Shown here: one piece after another, positions 19,092 to 31,424 of the stretch | Position numbering within the stretch: position 1 is the stretch's first letter | How the letters are laid out: each line of letters opens with the position of its first letter | From: Terriglobia bacterium | GTDB lineage: Bacteria; Acidobacteriota; Terriglobia; JAJPHL01; JAPKYU01 | Direction of reading: 5' to 3' | Length of the DNA stretch: 64,000 nt | NCBI GenBank assembly: GCA_965223005.1 | Contig: CBDCVK010000010.1 | Location: forward strand, 448,001-512,000 | The notes under the pieces: generated by a model | Databases searched by the model: none | The model's input: only the letters and a program-made list of their open reading frames with translations | Told to the model about the DNA's origin: nothing | Program-made: the position numbers and the translations under genes

Positions 19092-20702
19092 ATGAAACGG
19101 AACTTGGTTTACAGGACCCTCCTCATCGCAGCTGTGGTCCTGGCTTGCGTCGGGGGCATCTTCGGCCTGCCGAACAGTTGGGAGAAGGCCAAGGCGAATG
19201 CCGCCCAGCGAATCCGCCTGGGGCTGGACCTGAAAGGGGGCACGCACCTGATCCTCCAGGTACACGTGGAGGACGCGGTGAAGGCCGAAACAGATCAGAC
19301 CGTGGACCGGCTCAAGGAATTGCTGCGGCGGGGGGAAATCCGCTACGACGAAATTCACCACCCAGAAGGCACGACCCAGATCCTGGTGCGGGGCGTTCCT
19401 TCCGAACAAAGCAGAGAGTTTCGCGGTCTGCTGAACGACGAGCGGTTCAGTACGATCTGGGACTACGCTTCTGGCGCCAATAGCGAGTGGAGCCTGCGCA
19501 TGAAGCAAAGCGCGGTGCGCTCTATCCAGGATGATGCTGTGAAGCAGTCGGTGGAAACCATCCGTCGCCGTGTGGACGGGAAGGGCCTAAAGGAACCGGG
19601 CATCCAGCAGCATGGCCGAGGCGAGCACGAGATCCTAGTGCAGTTGCCCGGCGTGGATGATCCGGCCGAAGTGAAGGAGCTCATGCAGGAAACGGGGATG
19701 CTGGAGATCAAAGAAGTCAAGGACCAGCAAGCCTACTCCTCGCCGGAGAGAGCCCGGGCCGCCAAAGGCGGAGTGCTTCCGGGAGGATCCATCATCTTGA
19801 GGTCGGTGGAACGGAATGGGGCAGGTGCCGATAGCGGCGACCAGTGGTATATCGTGAGCCGGACCTCGATCATTACGGGCCGCGACCTACGCACCGCCCA
19901 GGTGGGCCGCGACGACTTTGGGCAACCGACGGTGAACTTCAGCATCAAGTCCGAAGGCGCACAACGCTTTGGGAGCTATACGGAGGCGAACGTCGGAAAC
20001 TACATGGCCGTGGTCCTGGACAACAAGATCTACAGCGTAGCCGAGATTAAGGATCGGATTGCTGACCAGGGGCAAATCACTGGCGGCTTTAACCTCGACC
20101 GAGCGCGCATTCTGGCCGAAGTGCTGAAGAGCGGGGCGCTGCCGGCCAGGATCAGCTACCTGGAAGAGCGCACGGTTGGGGCCTCCCTGGGGGCCGATTC
20201 CATCCGAAAAGGTTTCTTCTCGGCCCTGGTGGGCCTGGCGGCGATCGCGTTCTTGATGCTGCTTTACTATAAGTGGTCCGGGGTGAATGCCGTGGTGGCC
20301 CTGGCCCTGAACCTGCTCTTGGTGCTTGCCGCCCTGGCCTACTTTGGCGCCGTGCTCACACTGCCAGGAATCGCCGGATTAGTTCTGTTGATCGGCATGG
20401 CAGTGGATTCTAATGTCTTGATTTTCGAGCGCATACGAGAGGAACTGAGGGCCGGCAAGAATGTCCCGGCAGCGATCACGACCGGATTTGAGAAGGCTTT
20501 TCTTACGATCATTGACACCCACGTGACCACGGTGGTGGCCTGCGTATTTCTTGGCCTGCTCGGGAGTGGGCCAGTCCGTGGGTTTGCTGTGACTCTGGTC
20601 ATAGGACTCATGGCCAACGTGTTCACGGCCGTTTTCGTTTCCCGGACTATCTTCCTGTGGGGAGTGCATCGGGCCCGAGGGCAGCCAACTATCAGTATCT
20701 AG
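19092..20702 (+). CDS. secD: Protein translocase subunit SecD
   Basis: LGLDLKGG, IRRRVD, LKSGALP, LTLPGIAG, GMAVDSNVLIFERIREE. Confidence 0.96.
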   Translation: MKRNLVYRTLLIAAVVLACVGGIFGLPNSWEKAKANAAQRIRLGLDLKGGTHLILQVHVEDAVKAETDQTVDRLKELLRRGEIRYDEIHHPEGTTQILVRGVPSEQSREFRGLLNDERFSTIWDYASGANSEWSLRMKQSAVRSIQDDAVKQSVETIRRRVDGKGLKEPGIQQHGRGEHEILVQLPGVDDPAEVKELMQETGMLEIKEVKDQQAYSSPERARAAKGGVLPGGSIILRSVERNGAGADSGDQWYIVSRTSIITGRDLRTAQVGRDDFGQPTVNFSIKSEGAQRFGSYTEANVGNYMAVVLDNKIYSVAEIKDRIADQGQITGGFNLDRARILAEVLKSGALPARISYLEERTVGASLGADSIRKGFFSALVGLAAIAFLMLLYYKWSGVNAVVALALNLLLVLAALAYFGAVLTLPGIAGLVLLIGMAVDSNVLIFERIREELRAGKNVPAAITTGFEKAFLTIIDTHVTTVVACVFLGLLGSGPVRGFAVTLVIGLMANVFTAVFVSRTIFLWGVHRARGQPTISI

Positions 20703-20854
20703 GGCAATATCTCAGGTAGCTTTGTGGAAGAACCTGCCCCTGGACAAATCCGCGGGTTTGGGAACATAATCAGGATCGCTGGTGTCTAGACTAAGTAGGG
20801 AGCGTGTGTTGGGAGGGTGAGCTGGGGGATCTGGGTAAAGGATCCTGGACGTAG

Positions 20855-22108
20855 ATGGAGCTTCTTCGGAACGCCAACTATAACTTCCTTGGCCGGAAGT
20901 GGGCTTTTGTTGCCGTGTCGCTTCTGCTAAGCCTGGGGGGACTTGCCTCCTTGTTGGTAAAGGGCGGTCCGCGGTACGGCATCGATTTCCGCGGCGGCAC
21001 CCTCGTGTACGTGAAGTTCCAGCAGCCGCCGTCTCTGGACCATCTCCGCAATTCGCTGAAAAAAAAGGGTTTGGGGGAGAGCACTATCCAACGCTATGGC
21101 CAGGCGCGGGAGAACGAGGTCATCATTGGCCTGGAGCAGAAAGAGGGCTTGGAGAAGAAAGAGCAGACTGGCGCGTCGCTAGATTCGGGCACGGACAATC
21201 CCCTGGAAAAGATGCGCGCAACCGTACTGGAGACCTTGCGCGAGACCTTCGCGGGCGATCAGGGACAGAAGGCCGACCTGAATAACATCGGACGGGATAC
21301 TCTGCTCAACCATTTGGTAGCGTTGGGACTGGGGGATCAGGAGGCGGCCAGCCTTGCGGATGGTATCCTCGACCGCCGGACAAGAAGGTCCGGATTGCTC
21401 GCTGGTGTCTCCGATTTGCGCGGCCTGCCCGGCCTGACGCCCCAGTTGGAGCAGACCATGACCCGCGAGTTCCTCTTTGCTCCCTATGCCGTCCGCAACG
21501 CCGAGTTTGTCGGCCCCAAGGTAGGCGCCACGCTTAGCCGTCAGGCCCTGTACGCCACCTTGTACGCGCTGACAGGCATGCTGATTTATATTGCTTTTCG
21601 ATTTGAGTTTGTGTATGGAGTGGCAGCAGTTATCGCTACATTGCACGATGTAATTATTACCATCGGGTTTCTCTCGTTGTTCAACATCGAGGTCAGCCTG
21701 ACGGTGGTGGCGGCGCTATTGACCCTGGTTGGCTTCTCCGTGAACGATTCGATCGTGGTTTTTGACCGGATCCGGGAAAACCTGAAGCTGATGCGGCGCG
21801 AGGGACTTGCCCAGGTCGTCAACCGGAGCATCAACCAAACCCTAAGCCGGACCATCTTGACCTCCGGTTTAACTTTTATTACAGTGCTTTCCTTGTTCTT
21901 GTTCGGCGGGGCCGTGTTGCATGGCTTCGCGTTCGTACTGGTCGTAGGCGTCTTAGTTGGGACCTACTCTTCCATTGGCATCGCCGCACCGATCGTGGTG
22001 GTCTGGCAGCAATGGCACGAGAGCCGCGGCGGCAGCGGCAGAGTAGTTACTTTGGAGAAGGCTCGGACCCGCGCAAAACCCAGAGTGAGCGCGGGCGTTA
22101 GAGCATAG
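20855..22108 (+). CDS. secF: Protein translocase subunit SecF
   Basis: GIDFRGG, HDVIIT, GFSVNDSIVVFDRIREN, QTLSRTILTS, GTYSS. Confidence 0.96.
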   Translation: MELLRNANYNFLGRKWAFVAVSLLLSLGGLASLLVKGGPRYGIDFRGGTLVYVKFQQPPSLDHLRNSLKKKGLGESTIQRYGQARENEVIIGLEQKEGLEKKEQTGASLDSGTDNPLEKMRATVLETLRETFAGDQGQKADLNNIGRDTLLNHLVALGLGDQEAASLADGILDRRTRRSGLLAGVSDLRGLPGLTPQLEQTMTREFLFAPYAVRNAEFVGPKVGATLSRQALYATLYALTGMLIYIAFRFEFVYGVAAVIATLHDVIITIGFLSLFNIEVSLTVVAALLTLVGFSVNDSIVVFDRIRENLKLMRREGLAQVVNRSINQTLSRTILTSGLTFITVLSLFLFGGAVLHGFAFVLVVGVLVGTYSSIGIAAPIVVVWQQWHESRGGSGRVVTLEKARTRAKPRVSAGVRA

Positions 22109-22143
22109 GTTTCGTCGTGGCGCGAAACCGGGGGGCGTAAGAC

Positions 22144-22887
22144 ATGTTTGAGCAAAGTTTGTTGGAGTTGGCGGAGATGGGCAAGACCAAGAAGCCTTAC
22201 ACCGTGCTGATCTCCACGATCTGCCAGTGTTTTCTCGTCGGGATTCTGATCCTGATCCCGTTGATTTACACGGAGGCTCTGCCCGGTGGGGAACTGATGA
22301 CGTTTCTGGTGGCGCCACCGCCACCACCACCGCCTGTTGCTGACATCGCAGAGATTGTGAAGAAGATAATTCCGAAGGAATTTGATGCCGGACGCCTGCT
22401 CGCTCCCAAGGAGATTCCCGAGGAAATCGCGATCATCAAGGAAGAAGAGTTGCCTCCTCCCTCGGCCGCCGTGGCTGGCGTCGTTGGAGGTGTCCCTGGC
22501 GGTATCCCTGGTGGCACGCCGGGCGGGGTCATCGGCGGTATCATTAGCTCCACGCCCCTCGTGGCGCCGCCTCCCCCACCACCCAAGCCAGTAACCCCGA
22601 AGCGCATTCGCGTGGGCGGAAGTGTGCAAAAAGCCCGGTTGATCAACCAGCCTAGGCCACGCTATCCGCCTTTGGCGAAGCAGGCGCGCATCCAGGGGAC
22701 CGTGCAACTGGAGGCAGTCATCGCCAAGGACGGCACCATCCAGCAGCTGCGGGTGGTCAAAGGCCACCCCCTGCTGGTTCAGTCGGCACTCAATGCCGTG
22801 CGGCAGTGGCGCTACGCGGCGACCGTTTTGAATGGCCAACCGGTGGAAGTTGCCACCACCATTGATGTGATATTCACTCTGATGTAG
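22144..22887 (+). CDS. TonB-family energy transducer
   Basis: N-terminal TM anchor, Pro- and Gly-rich linker, TonB_C domain (PRYPPLAKQARIQGTV...AVRQWRY). Confidence 0.9.
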   Translation: MFEQSLLELAEMGKTKKPYTVLISTICQCFLVGILILIPLIYTEALPGGELMTFLVAPPPPPPPVADIAEIVKKIIPKEFDAGRLLAPKEIPEEIAIIKEEELPPPSAAVAGVVGGVPGGIPGGTPGGVIGGIISSTPLVAPPPPPPKPVTPKRIRVGGSVQKARLINQPRPRYPPLAKQARIQGTVQLEAVIAKDGTIQQLRVVKGHPLLVQSALNAVRQWRYAATVLNGQPVEVATTIDVIFTLM

Positions 22888-22998
22888 TGGCAGATTTGGC
22901 CGCAGGCGGAGGCAGTTGGCGATGTAGCCGCCCCGGCTCAGTTTTCGTTCCGTATTTTGAACATCGCACTCAACACCTGAAAGGGAGATAGAGAAACA

Positions 22999-23736
22999 AT
23001 GCTAACCGTTCATTTAAGTTCGTTGGCCCTGTGGCTGTTTCAGGGAGCCCCCATCGGATGGGACCTCATGTCGATGTGGAAACAGATGGGCTGGGGCGCC
23101 CGGGGGATCGGGATCGGGCTGTTCGTAATGTCCGCTTGGTCCATTGGCGTGATGATTGACCGATGGATCGCTTTTTCCGCGGCCCGGAAACAGTCCCGCC
23201 AGTTCGCACCGGCCGTGGCCGGGGCCTTGCGCGAAGGCAAGATTGACGAAGCCATCCACATTGCCGAGCGCCACAAGAAGAGTCACTTGGCCAAGGTGGT
23301 CACTGCCGGTCTGCAGGAATTTCAGGCGCACCAGCTAAGTGCGGAAATTCCCGGTGAAGAGATCGAGGCTTCCAAGCGGGCACTGGACCGCGCCGGGGCC
23401 ATTGTTCACGCCGAATTGAAACGCGGCCTGAGTGGCCTGGCTACGATCGGGTCGACCGCCCCCTTCGTGGGGCTCCTCGGCACCGTAGTGGGCATCATTA
23501 ACGCGTTTCGCGGAATTTCCGCTGAAAAGTCCACCGGCTTGGCGGCGGTGGCGGGTGGAATTGCCGAGGCCCTGGTGCTCACCGCGCTCGGCTTGTTCGT
23601 AGCCATTCCGGCCGTGTGGATGTACAACTACTTCACCACTAGGGTAGATGGCTTCGACGTGGAAATGGACAACAGCTCCAGTGAATTGATTGATTATTTC
23701 CTGAAGCGTTCGCAAGCCCGCGCGGCCCGGAAGTAG
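22999..23736 (+). CDS. MotA/TolQ/ExbB proton channel protein
   Basis: LATIGSTAPFVGLLGTVVGI, GIAEALVLTALGLFVAIPA. Confidence 0.93.
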   Translation: MLTVHLSSLALWLFQGAPIGWDLMSMWKQMGWGARGIGIGLFVMSAWSIGVMIDRWIAFSAARKQSRQFAPAVAGALREGKIDEAIHIAERHKKSHLAKVVTAGLQEFQAHQLSAEIPGEEIEASKRALDRAGAIVHAELKRGLSGLATIGSTAPFVGLLGTVVGIINAFRGISAEKSTGLAAVAGGIAEALVLTALGLFVAIPAVWMYNYFTTRVDGFDVEMDNSSSELIDYFLKRSQARAARK

Positions 23737-23804
23737 TAGCCGGCCGGCGGCGGTATGCTGCAAAAGCGCGACAGAACCCGACACGGGACCAAGGAGACAG
23801 TGTC

Positions 23805-24248
23805 ATGGCACTGACCAAACGCGTGAATGCGATGAATTCGGACATCAACGTCACCCCGATGGCGGACGTGATGTTGGTGCTTCTGATTATTTTCATGGTG
23901 ATTACGCCGATGCTGCAGAAAGGCGTCAGCGTGGACCTGGCTAGGACCAAAAACCCGCATGCAATGAAGGCTGCTGACAGGGACGATGCGATCGTGGTGG
24001 CCATCACCCGGGATGGCGCCATCTTTCTGCAACACCCCACGGGAGCGACCAAGGTTCGGGCCGAGACCTTGACCCCCACGGTGAAGGACCTGGTTTCGAA
24101 TCGTTTGGACAAAACGGTCTACATCAAGAGCGACGCCCGCGCCAAGTATAAGGATGTCGTGGACGTAGTAGACAATGTCCGGTCAGCCGGGGTCGACAAA
24201 CTGGGTATGCTCACGGAAAAGATTGATACGATTCCTAGCGGCGGCTAG
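23805..24248 (+). CDS. ExbD/TolR protein 1
   Basis: DINVTPMADVMLVLLIIFMV with the conserved Asp. Confidence 0.93.
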   Translation: MALTKRVNAMNSDINVTPMADVMLVLLIIFMVITPMLQKGVSVDLARTKNPHAMKAADRDDAIVVAITRDGAIFLQHPTGATKVRAETLTPTVKDLVSNRLDKTVYIKSDARAKYKDVVDVVDNVRSAGVDKLGMLTEKIDTIPSGG

Positions 24249-24331
24249 TCGCCGTCGCTCGAGGATTTGCCCCTTGCTCTAGCCAGCAAGGGGGTCAGCC
24301 CGGATTTTAGGCTGGAGGAGGAAGAATCGTT

Positions 24332-24760
24332 ATGGCAATGGCGGTAGGCGAAAAAAAAGGAAACTTGTCCGACATCAACATCACACCGTTGATTGACGTT
24401 CTGCTGGTGCTGATTATCATCTTCATGGTAATCACCCCGCTGACACCCAAGGGGCTGGATGCGCTAGTGCCCCAGCCTAACCCGAATCCCACAGCTCCGC
24501 CACCCGACCAGGTGTCCCGTACCATTGTGATCCAGATCGACGCCAACAAGCAGTTGAGGATCAATCAGGAGGTGGTTAGCGAGAGGACTCTAGGGCCGCG
24601 CCTGGAAGACATCTTCAAGACCCGGGCCGAGCGCGTGGCGTTCGTCAAGGGCGATCCCAGCCTGGAGTGGCTCGAGGTCGCTCGTGTCATTGACATTGCC
24701 ACAGGCGCTGGCATTGACAAGGTTGGTCTGATCACGGCGAAGATCGAGGCAGGCGAATAG
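24332..24760 (+). CDS. ExbD/TolR protein 2
   Basis: DINITPLIDVLLVLIIIFMV. Confidence 0.93.
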   Translation: MAMAVGEKKGNLSDINITPLIDVLLVLIIIFMVITPLTPKGLDALVPQPNPNPTAPPPDQVSRTIVIQIDANKQLRINQEVVSERTLGPRLEDIFKTRAERVAFVKGDPSLEWLEVARVIDIATGAGIDKVGLITAKIEAGE

Positions 24761-24833
24761 CGAGTGACGGACGGCAGGAAACATTCCTGGGGCGGAAGCC
24801 TCCGACCCGGGAGAAGGTAGAAAGGGAGGAAAG

Positions 24834-25619
24834 ATGCGCCATCCTACCAAACTCAGCGCGTTGGCTGCGGTCCTGTTGGCGGCGCTGGTGGCCACTGGTT
24901 GTCAGCAGCTCAAGGCGCGCGACCAGCTCAACAAGGGTGTCCGGTCCTACAGGAGCGCGCGGTACCAAGAAGCCATCGAGCATTTCAAACGGGCGACCGA
25001 GCTGGACCCGAGTCTGCTCAATGCGCGGATCTATCTGGCGACCGCTTACGCCAACCAATTCATGCCTGGGGTGGACTCGGAAGAGAACATGCGGAACGGC
25101 GAGCAGGCGATCGTCGAATACCAGAGGGTGCTGAAGGTCGACCCCCAGAACGTCAACAGCGTGGCCGGAATTGCCAACATCTATCTCAACATGAAGAGGA
25201 TGGAGCAAGCCAAAGAGTGGTATCAGAAGCAAATCCAGATTAATCCTTCCGACCCGCAACCCTACTACTCGGTAGGCGTGATTGACTGGACCCAGACCTA
25301 CCAGCCTCGCATGGAAGTGAAGGCGGCGTTGGGAATTGGGCCCGACGAGCCCATCAAGGACCGCGAGGTCCGCGAGGACCTGTGCGAAAACAATATGCCG
25401 CTCATTGAGGAAGCCTTCACCATGTTGAACAAGGCCGTCGAGCTACGCCCCGACTATGACGACGCCATGGCCTACATCAACCTGATGTACCGCGAACAGG
25501 CCGACTGCCAGGCTTCTGAGGAAGCCCGCGCGGAAGACCTGAAGAAGGCTGACGAGTGGATCCAGAAGACGCTGGAAGTCAAGAAACAGAGAGCCGAGAA
25601 GACCGCCACGGGACAATAA
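24834..25619 (+). CDS. TPR-repeat lipoprotein
   Basis: Lipobox (VATGC), several TPR helical repeats. Confidence 0.85.
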   Translation: MRHPTKLSALAAVLLAALVATGCQQLKARDQLNKGVRSYRSARYQEAIEHFKRATELDPSLLNARIYLATAYANQFMPGVDSEENMRNGEQAIVEYQRVLKVDPQNVNSVAGIANIYLNMKRMEQAKEWYQKQIQINPSDPQPYYSVGVIDWTQTYQPRMEVKAALGIGPDEPIKDREVREDLCENNMPLIEEAFTMLNKAVELRPDYDDAMAYINLMYREQADCQASEEARAEDLKKADEWIQKTLEVKKQRAEKTATGQ

Positions 25620-25718
25620 GCACGCTGTTTCTTCTATAATTAGCCTTGCATCGGGTTTCCCGCGAGCAAGGCTATTGTTTTCTTCTTTCTCTGTAGTGGT
25701 TCGGAGCTGCGCCGCTTT

Positions 25719-27968
25719 ATGGAAAGCCCGGCCAAATCTTCGCAAACACTCCCGGAAAACGTTTCGCCGCTGGCGCGCTTCGAGGAGTTGCGGAAGCTGG
25801 TCCTGCAAAACCGTCCCCAGGACGATCTGGACCCGCTGCGGCGCGCTTATGACTTTTCGGCGCAGCACCACATGCGCCAGGTGCGGATGTCGGGAGAGCC
25901 CTACCTATCCCATCCACTGGAAGTCGCGTACCTGCTTGCAGAGATGAAACTGGACGTGGTCTGCGTCGCCACCGGACTGCTGCACGACATCCTGGAGGAC
26001 ACCGACGTGACCCCGGGGGAGCTGAGCGGGCAGTTTGGCCCGGAAGTCACACACCTGGTGGAGGGACTGACGAAGATCAGCCGGCTGGAGTTTTTTACCG
26101 CCGAGGTGCAGCAAGCCGAAAACGTGCGCAAGATGCTGCTGGCTATGGTGGATGACATCCGGGTGATCCTGATCAAATTGGCCGACAGGCTGCACAATAT
26201 GCGAACCTTGCAGTACCTCCCCCCGGACCGCCAGCAGGCCATTGCCCGCGAAACCATGGAGATTTATTCCCCGCTGGCGCACCGCCTGGGAATGAGCAAG
26301 GTGCGCGGCGAACTGGAGGACCTGGCCTTCAGTTATCTGGAACCGGCGGCCTCTCAGGAAATCCGGCAATCACTGGATTCCAAGCGTCGCGTCAATGAAG
26401 CCTTTCTCCATCAAGTGACCGTCACCCTGGAAGGCAAGATGAAGGAGCACGGCATTCCGGCGGTGGTGGAAGGGCGCATCAAGCGGATTTACAGCATCCA
26501 TCAAAAACTGCGTCGGCAGCACATCAGCCTGGATCAGGTGTATGACCTGACGGCCGTGCGTCTTCTCACCGAGTCGGTCAAGGACTGTTACGGCGCCCTC
26601 GGCGTCATTCACAACCTGTGGCGGCCGGTGCCGGGGCGAATCAAGGACTTCATTGCCATGCCTCGGCAGAACCTGTACCAATCACTACACACCTCGGTGA
26701 TCACGGAAACCGGCCAGACCTTCGAGGTGCAGATCCGCACCCACGAGATGCACCGGGGCGCCGAACTGGGGATTGCCGCCCACTGGAAGTACAAGGAGGG
26801 GAAAGTCTCCCCCGGCAAGGATACCCAGACGGCGCACGGCGGCGGGAGCGAGGACCAGCGCGTCGCCTGGCTCCGCCAGTTGGTGGAGTGGGCTCGCGAG
26901 ATGCAGGATCCCAGAGAATTTCTCTCTACGCTGAAAATTGATCTGTACCCGGAAGAGGTTTACACCTTTACACCGCGCGGCAAGGTGGTCACTCTGCCCC
27001 GCGAGGCGACCCCGCTGGATTTCGCCTACACGATCCACACCGAGGTCGGCCACTCCTGCATCGGAGCTAAGGTCAACGGGCGCATCGTCCCGCTCCGCTA
27101 CAAATTGCACAACGGTGATATTGTAGAAATTCTCACCCAACAGGGGCGCACTCCCAGCCGCGACTGGCTGAGCTTTGTCAAAACCTCCAAGGCCCGCAAC
27201 AAGATCCGCCACTGGTTGAACATCATCCAGCGCGAGCGGGCCATTGAAATCGGCAAGCGCCTGCTAGAAAAAGAATCCCGCAAGTACGAGGTAAGCCTTA
27301 AGAAGGTCAGTGAAGAAACCTACCAGAAGGTCGCGCAGGAGTATGGCTACAACAAGGCGGACGATCTGGTGGCCGCAATCGGCTTTGGCAAATACTCAGC
27401 CCGCCAAGTACTGGCCAAGCTGGCCCCCGAGCCCTTACAAGAGCGGTCGCTGGAAGAGATGGGCCGACCGCCGACTGTCAGGAAAGCGCCAGCAGCAGTC
27501 AGTTCCGAAGCAGAACCCATTGTCGTCCGCGGGGCCGAGGACCTGTTGGTGTATCGGGCCAAGTGTTGCAATCCCATCCTGGGCGAAGAGATTGTAGGGT
27601 ACGTCACCCGCGGCAAGGGCATTGCCGTGCATTCCAAGGCCTGTTCCAATGTGGCCAACCTGTTCTACGAACGGGAGCGTCAGATCGAAGTGGAATGGGC
27701 TGGTGACGCCCATCTCGCCGCCGCGTATCCTGTCAAGCTGATGATCTACGTGAAAGACCGTCCGGGCATGGTGCGGGACCTGACCTCGGTGATCGCCGAG
27801 GATAATACCAATATCCGGGATATTGGGGCGAAAGGTCACCCGGCCGAGGGTCAGGCCACCATTGACGTTACGATTGAGGTCGTCGACACCAGGCACCTGG
27901 ATCGGATTGTGGGAGCTATCCGCCGCGTGAGCGGTGTCCATGAAATCGAACGTGTCCTGAGAATGTGA
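25719..27968 (+). CDS. relA: Bifunctional (p)ppGpp synthetase/hydrolase Rel
   Basis: HD motif LLHDILED, KLADRLHN, RIKD, YQSLHT, AAHWKYKE, TGS, CCNP and ACT domains. Confidence 0.95.
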   Translation: MESPAKSSQTLPENVSPLARFEELRKLVLQNRPQDDLDPLRRAYDFSAQHHMRQVRMSGEPYLSHPLEVAYLLAEMKLDVVCVATGLLHDILEDTDVTPGELSGQFGPEVTHLVEGLTKISRLEFFTAEVQQAENVRKMLLAMVDDIRVILIKLADRLHNMRTLQYLPPDRQQAIARETMEIYSPLAHRLGMSKVRGELEDLAFSYLEPAASQEIRQSLDSKRRVNEAFLHQVTVTLEGKMKEHGIPAVVEGRIKRIYSIHQKLRRQHISLDQVYDLTAVRLLTESVKDCYGALGVIHNLWRPVPGRIKDFIAMPRQNLYQSLHTSVITETGQTFEVQIRTHEMHRGAELGIAAHWKYKEGKVSPGKDTQTAHGGGSEDQRVAWLRQLVEWAREMQDPREFLSTLKIDLYPEEVYTFTPRGKVVTLPREATPLDFAYTIHTEVGHSCIGAKVNGRIVPLRYKLHNGDIVEILTQQGRTPSRDWLSFVKTSKARNKIRHWLNIIQRERAIEIGKRLLEKESRKYEVSLKKVSEETYQKVAQEYGYNKADDLVAAIGFGKYSARQVLAKLAPEPLQERSLEEMGRPPTVRKAPAAVSSEAEPIVVRGAEDLLVYRAKCCNPILGEEIVGYVTRGKGIAVHSKACSNVANLFYERERQIEVEWAGDAHLAAAYPVKLMIYVKDRPGMVRDLTSVIAEDNTNIRDIGAKGHPAEGQATIDVTIEVVDTRHLDRIVGAIRRVSGVHEIERVLRM

Positions 27969-28049
27969 GGAATGCAACCGGCAGGCCAGTGGCGGCCAAT
28001 GGCCGGACGGTGACGGGCACCATTTCTTCTTGGCAGACGCAACCCCCGC

Positions 28050-28889
28050 TTGTTAGCATTCATCGTCGTGCCCGCACCACAACTCCGGCCCGGACAGGGC
28101 GATCTCTCCGAGGAATTGCGACAACGGTTGCGATGCATGGAACGTCGCGGCCCTTGGGAACTGGGCCTGGCGACCGCCTTGGGCGTGGCTCTGTTCGGCA
28201 TGCTGATTTCCGTAGTGCTGGACCGCGGGCAACTGCAGCTGGAGTACATCCGAATCCCCAGCGCGATGTTCTTCGCCGCGCTAACCCTGCTGTTATTGCT
28301 GGCCTGGCTGGCCCAGGATCTGACCAAGCGCGCCCAGATCGCTCAGCTCCAAATGATGGCGGAGATGCTGCAGCGCCACTTGCGCACCGAGCAGGCCCTT
28401 CGCGACCGGCTCACCGGCGTCTTCAACCGGGCTGCCCTGATGGAATCCGCCACCCATTACATGAATCGGGCGGAGCGCACAGGGGAACCGCTGGCACTGG
28501 TGGTCATGGATCTGGACCGCTTCCACGAGCTGAACAACAAGTTCGGGCATATCGCCGGCGATCTGGCCCTGGCCAGCTTTGCCCAGGTCCTGCAGGGTTC
28601 CACGCGCGGCTCCGACGTGACGGCCCGGTACGGCGGCGACGAGTTTGTGTTGCTGCTGGCTGAGACGACACGCGCCGGCGCGGAGGTGGTGGCTCGCCGT
28701 GTGGAAGAACAACTGCGCGCACACAATGCTCAGGCCGACGAAGGCCGCATTCCGCTGAGCTTCAGCGCCGGAACGGCAGTCTTCCAGAAGGGAATGGACT
28801 TCGAGGCCCTGTTTCGCTTGGCCGACCTGGACTTGCTTCGCCGCAAAGCCGAGCGCCGCGGCGCGGAAGTACCAGCCGCCAGGGACTAA
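28050..28889 (+). CDS. Membrane-anchored diguanylate cyclase
   Basis: Two TM helices, DRLTG, intact GGDEF, RGSD I-site. Confidence 0.9.
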   Translation: MLAFIVVPAPQLRPGQGDLSEELRQRLRCMERRGPWELGLATALGVALFGMLISVVLDRGQLQLEYIRIPSAMFFAALTLLLLLAWLAQDLTKRAQIAQLQMMAEMLQRHLRTEQALRDRLTGVFNRAALMESATHYMNRAERTGEPLALVVMDLDRFHELNNKFGHIAGDLALASFAQVLQGSTRGSDVTARYGGDEFVLLLAETTRAGAEVVARRVEEQLRAHNAQADEGRIPLSFSAGTAVFQKGMDFEALFRLADLDLLRRKAERRGAEVPAARD

Positions 28890-28898
28890 GGGTTAGGA

Positions 28899-29411
28899 TC
28901 AAGCCGGCTTTTTCCCCACCAGCAGAGAGCGATTTTCCGGCAGGCGGTGCGCCTGGATCACGGCAAATCCGGCCGCCTCAAAACGTCCCGCCCATTCCTC
29001 CCCGCGTTCCTCCATAGTAGCCGGCTCAATGGAGGCATCGTCTGAGTGTGGATGCGGCTCGGCCATCAGGTAAAACAACCCCTCTGGCGTCAGCACCCGC
29101 AGCACATCGTGTAGGTCAAAGGGCCGGTCCATGGGGAAAGAGTGGCTGAGGGCTTTGGAAAAAAAATCCTGTTTCCAGGGAATTTCCGCAGCGCCGCCCG
29201 GCAGGAACATCACATTGTCCAGATTGCCGCCTCGGACGCGCGCCTTACGCACCCGATCCGGGGAAGAATCCATGGCCACCACCATGCCCTCGGGCGCCCG
29301 CGCCGCCAGGGCAACACTAAGCTCTCCCTGGCCACACTCCAGCTCCAGGATGCGGTCCCGAGGCTGAACCTGCATCAGGTTCAACAGGGCTTCTAGGAAG
29401 GATGGGGACAA
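28899..29411 (-). CDS. Class I SAM-dependent methyltransferase (divergent)
   Basis: ILELECGQG motif I, AMDSS, VLRVLTPEG. Confidence 0.75.
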   Translation of the reverse strand: MSPSFLEALLNLMQVQPRDRILELECGQGELSVALAARAPEGMVVAMDSSPDRVRKARVRGGNLDNVMFLPGGAAEIPWKQDFFSKALSHSFPMDRPFDLHDVLRVLTPEGLFYLMAEPHPHSDDASIEPATMEERGEEWAGRFEAAGFAVIQAHRLPENRSLLVGKKPA

Positions 29412-29436
29412 ACGATGGACGCGCGGCCTCCTGGCG

Positions 29437-31342
<1,906 letters not shown>

Positions 31343-31424
31343 ACTGTGTGCGTCCCACACCCAGCATTTCCTATTATACAACCCCGTCTTCGAGAACCAC
31401 GTCGGTTTCGGGTTGGTCTCGAGC

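Noticed and set aside
22480-22545. GGVPGG repeat in TonB
   Set aside because: Ordinary low-complexity linker of this TonB subfamily
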